Notes under the pieces: generated by a model | Database searches by the model: none | Seen by the model: the letters and a program-made list of their open reading frames with translations, nothing else | Told to the model about the DNA's origin: nothing | Made by a program: the position numbers and the translations under genes | DNA from: Nemertoderma westbladi | Taxonomy: Eukaryota > Animalia > Xenacoelomorpha | NCBI GenBank assembly: GCA_032718475.1 | Contig: JAUCBJ010000368.1 | Coordinates: forward strand, 59,861 to 123,860 | Reading direction: 5' to 3' | DNA length: 64,000 nucleotides | Shown here: piece by piece, positions 1 to 9,600 of the stretch | Position numbering within the stretch: position 1 is the first letter of the stretch | How the letters are laid out: the number at the start of each line of letters is the position of its first letter

Positions 1-1440
1 GAAAACGCAATCCTTCGTGTTGATACAACTTTTGAACTTGCAGATTCCCTTTTCCTAACAGATGCTTCTTATACAAACTTGGCATTAATCAATACAAAGG
101 GGAAGCATCCCGAGTTTCCCGGTCCAAGTTTTTGGCATTTTAAGAAAACAGAGGATACTTATAGACGACTGGCATCGGAGCTTATAGTGGCAAATCCGAA
201 ACTTTCAGGTTTGAGAATATTAGGCCATGATATAGATGCAGCTACTGTGAATGGATTTTCCTCAGTCTTTGTGAATGCCACTAATCTCTATTGCTTGGAT
301 CATCTTGAGGAGCGGGATAAAGTAAAACTTCGAAAGTTAGGTGCTTCGGAATCTTCTATGAAACACATCCTAGCTGATACATATGGTTCTCATATTAATA
401 CTGTGCTTCAACTTGGCCTGGCTGACTCGGAAGATGTGAATGATTTCAATGCAAAACTGCTATCCTTGGAGAGGTCGTGGAATTCTTTAGTTCCTGAATA
501 CTATAGCTGGTTTGAGAGGAAACGCTCTGAAATCTTCCAAAAGTCTGTCATTATTTCCGTGCGAAAACAACACAACCTAACCTCCCGATTTTTCCAAAAT
601 CCCCTAGAACTTAACCATAAACTTCAGAAAAAACATTTCAAGGACGGTGATGTTCCAAAAGAAGTCTCTGCAGCAACTGCAGCCTTACGAGACTGGGTTA
701 GCACTTACAAAAGTGAGGCCATTCGAGCCTTGATCGGTCAAGATAAATATCGATTGGATGGAAGGTATGGGAATTTTTTTCGTGAGCCAACAGTTTGGTG
801 TAACTTGGGTTATGGTAAGAAAAGTGATTTGATTAATGCCTTCTTTTCGTTTAGACCAACACCTCTTGAGTTGTTTGACAAACCTATGGGGGCAGGCAAG
901 AAGTCTTCTTCAAAACAGCACTCCAATAAACGTGCTACCCAGCCCGAGCCTGATTTGTTTATTGATCGCGTCTCGCCAATTCCATGTAGCAGCAATCAGT
1001 CTGCGGAAATTATTAGTCTGGAACAGGGTAACTACGTAAATGAGGAGGTTGTTCAAAGTGATCACAACTACCCAGCGGATTCCGAAGAAATTACCGCCAT
1101 TGATCCAGATAGATGTGTCTCTAATCATTACCTACTTGTGTCACGCGCGGATACAACAAATTGTCCGCCCACGGTTAGCCGATGTGAGCAATGCCGTATC
1201 AACTTCTTAGACCTCACTGACAAACTGGTCGTGAAAACTGTTGGTGTTCGGGATTATTTTGAAAAAGATGGAACACCAGCCCGAAAAGCTGGCAATATCC
1301 ACTTTCTTGGTCAGTGTTTAGCAAACTATGATTCGCAGTTCTCTATGAATAAAATTACTATCCATAAAGATACCAAACAATTCCTAACCAAAACTCAGCT
1401 CCATTATCTCACAATGAAAGGACTGGCGGTACCGGAATGA
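1..1440 (+). CDS. Mutator/MULE-like DDE transposase, 5'-truncated by the window edge
   Basis: Frame is open from base 1 (ENAILRVDTTFEL...). It shows the MULE pattern: VDTTF (first D), GHDIDAA (second D), YCLDHL (CxxH) and QNPLELNH (E), followed by a Cys/His-containing C-terminal segment. Confidence 0.7.
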   Translation, partial: ENAILRVDTTFELADSLFLTDASYTNLALINTKGKHPEFPGPSFWHFKKTEDTYRRLASELIVANPKLSGLRILGHDIDAATVNGFSSVFVNATNLYCLDHLEERDKVKLRKLGASESSMKHILADTYGSHINTVLQLGLADSEDVNDFNAKLLSLERSWNSLVPEYYSWFERKRSEIFQKSVIISVRKQHNLTSRFFQNPLELNHKLQKKHFKDGDVPKEVSAATAALRDWVSTYKSEAIRALIGQDKYRLDGRYGNFFREPTVWCNLGYGKKSDLINAFFSFRPTPLELFDKPMGAGKKSSSKQHSNKRATQPEPDLFIDRVSPIPCSSNQSAEIISLEQGNYVNEEVVQSDHNYPADSEEITAIDPDRCVSNHYLLVSRADTTNCPPTVSRCEQCRINFLDLTDKLVVKTVGVRDYFEKDGTPARKAGNIHFLGQCLANYDSQFSMNKITIHKDTKQFLTKTQLHYLTMKGLAVPE

Positions 1441-2052
1441 TTTTTTAGGATTGAATAGGTTTTGAATAGGTTTCGAAATGAGTTTTCAATAGTTTTAGAG
1501 TTTATTATTAGTTTAGCTGGACACCGGTTGTGGTTTTTGTTTGTTTATATATACAATAAATTGATAGAATAATAAATAAATAAATCGATTTTTTGAAAAA
1601 ACGATTAGTTTAATCGGTGCATTTTTAATTCTCGGTTATTTTCGAAAAACAAAAAATTATTTTTAATTGTAATTAACTACACCACTACCAGTATTGGTTT
1701 TCGAAAATAACCAAACCAAGAGTTAACAATTATAACAGATTAAACTAATGGTTTATTTATTTACAAGCTTGCCATCGAGAGCTTGCAATAATGGATGGAT
1801 CCATTGCTATCATCAACATAATATTGTTGCAATAAATTACGCGCCTATGCAGAGCAGCCTAATAAAGAAAAACGAAGCATTGGGCAAAGTACCGTCTGTA
1901 AAATATATGATCTGTCCAATATATATATAGGTATATATATATATACAAGATATGTCCAATAAATGCTCCCTATGGGGTGTCGACAGAATTTTGATTGAGT
2001 GAATTCTACGATTATGATCGGTTAATCTAAAATTAATTTCACTGTCCGATAA

Positions 2053-2411
2053 TTGTTGCTCGTTGTTGCACATTGTTGCTCGTTGTTGCTCGTTGTTGCT
2101 CATTGTTGCTCGTTGTTGTACTTTATTATTGCTCATAGTTGCTCGTTGTTGCTCATTGTTGCTCATTATTGCTCGTTGTTGCTCATTGTTGCTCGTTGTT
2201 GCTCATTGTTGTACTTTATTATTGCTCATTGTTGCTCATTGTTGCTCGTTGTTGCTCATTGTTGCTCGTTGTTGCTCATTGTTGCTCGTTGTTGGTCGTT
2301 GTTGCTCATTGTTGTACTTTATTATTGCTCATTGTTACTCGTTGTTGCTCATTGTTCCTCATTGTTGGTCATTGTTACTCGTTGTTGTACTTTATTATTG
2401 CTCATAGTTGC
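2053..2411. repeat. 10-bp satellite (TTGTTGCTC[A/G])n, left part
   Basis: Direct tandem repeats with a recurring TTGTACTTTATTATTGCTCA variant. The array resumes at 14246 after the LTR element. Confidence 0.95.
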
Positions 2412-2884
2412 TGTTAGCTTATTCAATCCCGCCAACACCCCATAAAGTTATTAGCCGATAAGCAATATTGGGAGCCACGAGATTGGGTAATTAACCAACT
2501 CGCGCCATCCCAATAAGAATGGGAAGGAAGCACACAATAGAGGGTCAGGGGCCAAACCCCTAACCCAAGGAGAACAGGTGGAGTGAACGGAAATACTCCA
2601 CGGGGCGCCAACAAGGGTATTAACCAATCAGAGGGGGGAATGGCATCGATTGAGTAGCAGTAAGGCCACCGTGCAATATAACCAATAACCTATTAATCAG
2701 TGATTCAGTTATCTCAGTGCAGCAGTGCTAGCGTAGGGTACAGCCAATTAGTTTAGTTAGGGGATCACGGGACTTTAGTTACCGTATCCCGCCTTGTACA
2801 CATTCACAACATATCTATATCTTATAACCTCCTATTATACACCGAACTTCAGAACTCAATTATCTTTACTTCACCCTTACACAC
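2412..2884 (+). repeat. 5' LTR (lacks the last 64 bp present in the 3' LTR)
   Basis: Matches 13709-14181 up to CCCTTACACAC, then diverges into internal sequence. Confidence 0.93.
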
Positions 2885-2926
2885 TGGATAGCCGGCGAAC
2901 TGTTTGAACTATGGGAGTGTGGGAGT

Positions 2927-3877
2927 ATGGGACCTAGCGTAGCGCCAGTGTACATAGGGCCATACTTGGTCGATGCCCGGGGAGTGAAACCAGTGGGTTG
3001 GAAGGGACCAGAAGAGGGCGAATCCGAGGTTAACACCGAGGATTCGGCCTCGTCGGTCGGAGAAAGCTCCGAAAAGGGGGAGAAAGTTAGTAGGTCGGGA
3101 AGGCGGGGGAAGTCCGTCGTAACCGATAAGTCTGCTACATCCTCCGCGAAAGAAAGAGCGGTGAGAAAAATAGGGGCCACATACCGTCTCAGCATGGCAG
3201 AGCAAGGTCAGAGAGAAATGAAGGAACGGCTAGAGGAGGGAAGAGTGCGGTTAGAGAGGGAAACGGTATTGCTTAGAGAAACCGGAGAAAGGGCCGAAAG
3301 GGCTTTGAAAAGCCTAAGGGAGTATGATGAGATAGAGGAAAGGGAGTGTAGGGAGCGTGAAGCGAGAGAGGAAAAGGAACGCGAGGAGCGTGAAGCGAGA
3401 GAGGAAAAGGAACGCGAGGAGCGTGAGGCGAGAATGGAAAAGGAACGCAAGGAGCGTGAGGCGGGAATGGAAAAGGAATGCAAGGAGCGTGAGGCGGGAA
3501 AGGAAAAGGAACGCAAGGAGCGTGAGGCGAGAAAGGAAGAGGAACGTAAAGAGCGTGGGGCGAGACGAAGGGAGAGCATTAAGAGTGCCGCAGACTCGGC
3601 CATCAAGGACACCCAGGAGCGTGAGGGGATAGTGGCAAAGGGTGAAAAGGAGCGCAAGGAATTAAAGGAACGGCAGAGTGAGTATGCGAAAAATATAATT
3701 AGAGGGACGCACGAGTTGGAATACGTGCGAGTGGGACCGCCGTCTGAAACTGGGGCCGGCTCGAATATTTTTGAGGAGCCGAGGGCCGTAGATGTATTTG
3801 TTAATACTCCACTGACAGGGACCGCACGACAGACTCAAGACTGGTGCGACCGTACGAGCGGGGGGGGGGGGGGGTAA
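2927..3877 (+). CDS. gag N-terminal segment 1: charged coiled-coil with 11-aa repeats (EREAREEKERE)
   Basis: 316-aa ORF inside the element. It ends immediately after a long G run (about 3859-3874), and the +1 frame continues as GNNNNNGTVD into the next ORF. Confidence 0.6.
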   Translation: MGPSVAPVYIGPYLVDARGVKPVGWKGPEEGESEVNTEDSASSVGESSEKGEKVSRSGRRGKSVVTDKSATSSAKERAVRKIGATYRLSMAEQGQREMKERLEEGRVRLERETVLLRETGERAERALKSLREYDEIEERECREREAREEKEREEREAREEKEREEREARMEKERKEREAGMEKECKEREAGKEKERKEREARKEEERKERGARRRESIKSAADSAIKDTQEREGIVAKGEKERKELKERQSEYAKNIIRGTHELEYVRVGPPSETGAGSNIFEEPRAVDVFVNTPLTGTARQTQDWCDRTSGGGGG

Positions 3878-4630
3878 TAATAATAATAATGGTACAGTAG
3901 ACGTTGTTGATATTAATAGTACCGTATGGGATAACGCTAATCAAACCTTTATTACAGGAAATACTTTGCCTGGTGGTAGTAATTTAAATTTAAATCAGAA
4001 CAATCCCAGTGTTAATGTAGAAAATAATCCTAATGTTGATGTAGTTACGCAAAATAATTCAAATAATCAAAATAATAACTCGAATTCGGACCTACAAAAT
4101 AACTTAAATAACGCAATTACACAGAATAATTCGAATAATTTAAATAATGATTTTAGCCCGAATTTACAGAATAATTCAGTCAACGTGGTCGCGCAGAGTA
4201 ATGCAAAAGGTTTTGTTTCAGGCGAGCAAATTAATTCCGTTTCTAATATGGGTGCTATTAATGTAAACACGTCGGGCCTACGTAACCAGGGAGCAGAGGG
4301 CCTGGTAGGCCACGTGGTTAGTAGACAGGGAGCAGAGGGCCTGGTAGGCCACGTAGTTAGTAGACAGGGAGCAGAGGGCCTGGTAGGCCACGTAGTTAGT
4401 AGACAGGGAGCAGAGGGCCTGGTAGGCCACGTAGTTAGTAGACAGGGAGCAGAGGGCCTGGTAGGCCGCGTAGTTGGTAGGCAGGGAGTAGAGGGCCTGG
4501 AAGGCCACGCAATAGCAGAGGGAGAGGCGGGGGTGAACAGACCCGACCGTGGTAGGGTTGATGTGTCGACTAGAGAGGTATATAATAGCGGGGAGAGAGG
4601 TAGCGAAGTTAGATGTAGCGAGTGGGGGGG
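3878..4630 (+). CDS. gag N-terminal segment 2: Asn-rich region plus 13-aa repeats (QGAEGLVGHVVSR)
   Basis: Same frame as ORF 3966-5012, open from the G run. It has 39-bp tandem repeats at about 4287-4510 and probably shifts frame at the G run near 4624-4631. Confidence 0.55.
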
Positions 4631-6652
4631 GCTACGAGCACCCCACAACAGAAAGTTAGCGGCGAGAGGGGGGGGGCAGAGAGTGTCCCACAGCCGTCAG
4701 CGGACAATGCGAGGGCCGAACAAGGTAAACCGCAACAACCGGCGACGGAGAGTAATAGGGGGACTGCGAGTATCCCCGGCGACGTGCGATCGAGCAGAGA
4801 AGGACAGGTTGACGTCGCGGGAGGGCAGACGGAGCGTCGAGCCCGATCAGAGGAGGAAAGAAGAACAGTGGGGTTTAACCGGGAGGTCGACGAGAGATCT
4901 CGTGAGCGGGAATATTCCACTGATAGGAGAAGAGAGGAAGAGAGTAGTAGAAGTATCGCCGCGAACGATAGAAGAGCGAGGACGGATAGCGAGCCGTCGG
5001 TGGTCGAGATGAGAACGGAGAGTCAGTGGGGTCGGACTCCGGGAGATTGCCGTCGCCCCGGAGGGATGCGATCCGGTGAGACGCATTACGCGCCGAGAGA
5101 GGGGTACGCGATGTACCGGTACGAAGATAAAAACAGTGGAGAGGGGGGTCGAAGAGAAACTTTCCGACGGAATATACCTACCGATCGAGAATACGGTAGC
5201 CGCGGGGAGGATTATTCGAGAAGAATAAACTTCGATCCCGAGCAACACATGCAGACTGTAGGGCATACTGTAGGTCTTACTGCACATACCGTAGGCCATA
5301 CTGAGAGAGGCAATGTAGGCGATAGGATAGCGCGGACAATGGGATTAAACCCGGAAGTCGCGGAATACATACCGGCGGGTAGGCCAGAAGCTGATAGGCC
5401 TATACCGGTACCAGCACAGCAGTATGACTACAGCATGCAGGGACATAACATATACCCAGGGGAGGGGGGAATTATTGCGGATAGGTGTATGGGCCCCAAC
5501 ATATTAACATCAACCCCAGTACCAGACATACCGGTGGGGGGGGGACAGGGTGACATTCCCCCATCACAATATCAACAATATACCCCGACAGGAACAAGAA
5601 CGACGAGACCCCTAGATGAAAACAGGTCGTGTGATACAGACATATGGAGGGGGCCGCTACCCCCGATGACATATCCGAGTCAGAGGAGATCAAGAAATAG
5701 GACGGACGAACCGCACCAGGCAAGGGAAAATATACAGCACCCGTCGAATCCATTAGAAGCGCAGGCAATGGGGATGGCCACGTTGATCGATGCGTTGAAA
5801 ACGAGGATCGAATTACCACCCGTGGAACCGTTCAAATTCGATGGGAGCAGGCCGGAAGAATACTTACAGTTTCGGCGAATGTATAGTAACGAAATACTAA
5901 CAAAAAACTTGACGCAGGCGGAGTGCCTAAAGTATCTACAAGTGTACACGGGAGGCCCAGCATACGACATCGTGAGGCAATACCAAGGAATAGAAGGCGG
6001 CTTCACGACAGCATGGCGGGCACTGGATAGGGAATACGGGCACCCGGCCAAGATCATCAGGCAGACGCTGAGAGGCATAACATCGGGTGGCCTACAGGAT
6101 AATCCCGTTAGCATTAAGACGTTTGCTAACAAAGTCGAGAAGGCGCTGATCGTGCTGAAGACGCTAGACGCGCCATACGAACTCAACGCGTCCAATAACA
6201 TCACCACGATAGCGCAGGCACTACCGAGCTGGCTGCGCAACAAATGGAGGAAGATCGCTTTCTCCACCCGAGACAAGAAGGGTGCGGAACCAGGTTTAGA
6301 AGAAATGTCAAACTTCTTAAATTACGAGGCTGAACTAATAACGGACCCAGTTTATAGTGAAGATAGCCTGGGAAAGGGACCAAAGACGGATCATTATAGG
6401 CCCAAACCAGAGCACAATACATCGAACGCGTTACCGAGACTCAGGCAATCATTGCCATATGCAGCGATGCAGGGGACTGCAAGTCCACAGGCAAGCGAAG
6501 GTAGGACAACATCAAGGGACGGACAGGGGAACAATAACAACATGAATAAACATAACCCCAATACGTCCAGTAGGTCAAACCCAGTCAATAAGACTGGGTT
6601 TGACTGCAGTTATATTCGTACCAAAGTCCCTACGACTTTGGTACGAATATAA
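4622..6652 (+). CDS. gag: BEL/Pao Gag (capsid-like, DUF1759-type region)
   Basis: PVEPFKFDGSRPEEYLQFRRMY...LKYLQVYTGGPAYD...AWRALDREYGHP...LPSWLRNKW, a motif series typical of BEL/Pao Gag. Confidence 0.85.
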   Translation: MGGATSTPQQKVSGERGGAESVPQPSADNARAEQGKPQQPATESNRGTASIPGDVRSSREGQVDVAGGQTERRARSEEERRTVGFNREVDERSREREYSTDRRREEESSRSIAANDRRARTDSEPSVVEMRTESQWGRTPGDCRRPGGMRSGETHYAPREGYAMYRYEDKNSGEGGRRETFRRNIPTDREYGSRGEDYSRRINFDPEQHMQTVGHTVGLTAHTVGHTERGNVGDRIARTMGLNPEVAEYIPAGRPEADRPIPVPAQQYDYSMQGHNIYPGEGGIIADRCMGPNILTSTPVPDIPVGGGQGDIPPSQYQQYTPTGTRTTRPLDENRSCDTDIWRGPLPPMTYPSQRRSRNRTDEPHQARENIQHPSNPLEAQAMGMATLIDALKTRIELPPVEPFKFDGSRPEEYLQFRRMYSNEILTKNLTQAECLKYLQVYTGGPAYDIVRQYQGIEGGFTTAWRALDREYGHPAKIIRQTLRGITSGGLQDNPVSIKTFANKVEKALIVLKTLDAPYELNASNNITTIAQALPSWLRNKWRKIAFSTRDKKGAEPGLEEMSNFLNYEAELITDPVYSEDSLGKGPKTDHYRPKPEHNTSNALPRLRQSLPYAAMQGTASPQASEGRTTSRDGQGNNNNMNKHNPNTSSRSNPVNKTGFDCSYIRTKVPTTLVRI

Positions 6653-9600
6653 CTGCGATACGCAACGCATTGTATAAAGAGGGCTATGACCCAAAGAGCA
6701 AATGCCAGTTACACGCAAATGCGCTTCATAAAACCATGAACTGCAGGTACTGGCAGGCGCTACCGAGGCAAGACCAGATAGATTACGCGTCGAGCAATAA
6801 AATCTGCTCGCGATGTGTGAAGAGTGGACACAAGGCCAGGGAATGCCAAGAGAAACCGGTCAAGTTTGGCCAAAGGAGAGGCCAGACGATGGCAACGAGC
6901 ACAGTAGGGGCGAAGAAGAGAGGAACAGTGCTACTTGGAGTAGTACCAGTACGAGTGATCGGGGAAGGCAATCGATCAGTAACAACACTAATGCTGGTTG
7001 ATAGTGGAGCTGCCTTCACATTAGTTGAGGAATGGGTAGCCGAAGAAATAGGGTTGAGAACGAGGCCAAGCAGGATGGCGGTGACAACCATCTCTAGTAA
7101 AGACGAGATTCTAGAGATGAGGACAGGACGGTGCGCAATTGCAGCAGTGGCACCAGGATGCGATTATGGGGCAACCATCGACCCCATCCAAGTAATAGAG
7201 TCAATTAACATCAATGCCAGGCGGCCAACCAACATCGAGGTCGAGCAATACAAATTCCTGGACAACATTGACTTCTCAATCCCAGACGTGGACGTTAGGA
7301 AGGTATCCATCATAGTAGGCATGGACTGCCCAACGGCCCACGAGAGAATGCAAACGGTCTTCGGGGAAGACAAGCAGAGCGACCCGGTGGCCATATTAAC
7401 GCCATTCGGGTGGACGCTGAGTGGTCCAATTAAGAGCAAGATACCATTCAGGATGTCGGAGACATCAGGATGCATGTTCGCGGGAACAATGCAGGAAATG
7501 GGTGACGAGGGAGCAGAGGAGCAGCTTAAAAGACTGCTCAGACAGGACTTCGAGGGACTGAAAGAGACCGGGGTCGGGACCTCGGTAGAAGACAAGCAGG
7601 CTCTACAAAGTGTGGAGGAATCGATGACGTGTGATGAGGGGCGGTATACAATAGGAATGGTGTGGAAACTACCGAAGATACCGCTACCCGATAATAGAGG
7701 GATGGTACTCACGAGACTCCGCAAGCTGAAACAAACACTACAACGGAGCCCCGAGAAGAACGAGTACATTCACAAAACCATTAAGAAGTACGTCGAGAAA
7801 GGATGGGCCGTGGAGTTACCGGTCGACGAACCGAACACGGACAGGACATACTACCTGCCACTCCACGTAGCTTTAGACCCAAAGAAAGGTAAACTTAGGA
7901 TGGTAGTCGATGCATCGGCAAAGACCGACGGAAAGTGCTTAAACGATTACCTACTAGAGGGCCCAAACATATACAATTCGGGCATAGAAGTACTACTCAG
8001 ATTTAGGAATGGGAAACACGCCTTCACGTGTGACATAGAAGGCATGTTCAACCAAGTCCGAGTAACAGAAGAAGATAGTGACAGTCAACGCTTCTTATGG
8101 TATAACGGCGAAGAAGAACCGCCGGTAATACCAGCGTATAAGATGGTAGTACAAAATATGGGGGCCAAGTCGTCCTCATTTACGACGACTATGGCAGTGA
8201 GAGACACGGTAAAGGGCAAGGAAGATAGATATAGCAGTAGGGCCGTCGATATGATCAGACGCGGTTTCTACGTAGACGACGGCATGGAGTCTGGAAATAC
8301 GGTTGAGGAGATACTGGAAACAGGGCGCGAGGTTCGCGACATCCTGAAAGGATCCGGCTTCAACCTGACCAAATTCCAATCCAGTTCAGAAGAATTTATC
8401 AGGGAAATAGAAGACAAGAAACCAGAATCGACCATGGACAACCCTACAACAGCCAAAGGACAGGACATGGCGATTAAGAGAACGGAATCCCAGCAGAAGG
8501 CCTTGGGAATCGTGTGGGATAGGAAAACAGACGAACTGAAGTATCAGCTGAGCCAGGAGGGCGCAGACACCCATACGAAGAGGGGTTACGTATCGTATAT
8601 AGCAAGGATATACGATCCCTTAGGCCTAGCATCCCCATTACTAGTCACGGGGAAACAGATACTCAAGAGAGTATATAAGTTGAAGGATGAGTGGGACGTA
8701 GAGGTACCAGAAGACATTAAGAAACAGTGGAGCAAATGGACAGGAGACTTGGAGAGGATGGGAACATACAACATGCCGCGAGTGTATTTCCCGGACGGGA
8801 ACATGACGAATCTGGACCTACATATGTTCTCCGACGCGTCGTTAGAGGCATACGGAGCGGCACTCTATTTAGTACAACGAGAGGGGCCTCACAAGCCCAG
8901 ATTAGCCTTTAGCAAAGCTAAGTCAACGCCGCCAGATTCAGCATCTGTTCCCAAGTTAGAATTGACAGCTGCGAGACTAGGAGTTAGAGCCACAGCCTAC
9001 CTAGTGGATACAATTCCCAACATAGTGGAGACACACTACTGGACGGACTCCATGGTAGTGCTTGGTTGGCTACACAACGAAAAGACGAGGTACCCGATAT
9101 TCGTCGCGAATAGAGTGGACGAAATAAGGGCGAGCACAGAACTGGAAAGGTGGCACTACTGCCCAACAGACGAGAACCCAGCGGACTTGCTGTCGAGGGG
9201 CGTGGAACGCCACACTTTCTTAAAGAAAGAAGCATTGTGGCAACACGGGCCACAATTTCTGAGCGATAGGGAGGCCTGGCCGCCGATGAGGAAGGTGGAC
9301 CCGGGCTCGGAAGTAGTATCAGAAGGAGAAGAGGGAGATTCAGAGGGAGAAGAGATATACTCCCAGATGGTGAGGGAGATCAGGGACGTGCAACCAGGAA
9401 GGGAACTGTGCGATAACCCGACGGATAAACTCCTCAGCTACAGTTCTAGTTGGTATAAGACCAAGAAACTAGTGGCGTACTGGAGAGCCTTTGGGAATTT
9501 CCTTGCGGGAGTCGGCAAGGACAAGAAGACCAGGACAACCATAGATCTGGAAGGAGCGGCCAAGGCAGTGATCCGCTATGAACAACGCAAGAACTACGGC

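Noticed and set aside
2423-2614. Duplicated 63-aa minus-strand ORF (also 13720-13911)
   Set aside because: Incidental ORF inside the two LTRs.
6594-6603. GGGTTTG as a canonical -1 slippery site
   Set aside because: It is in the wrong phase for gag, and the -1 frame has TGA at 6601-6603.
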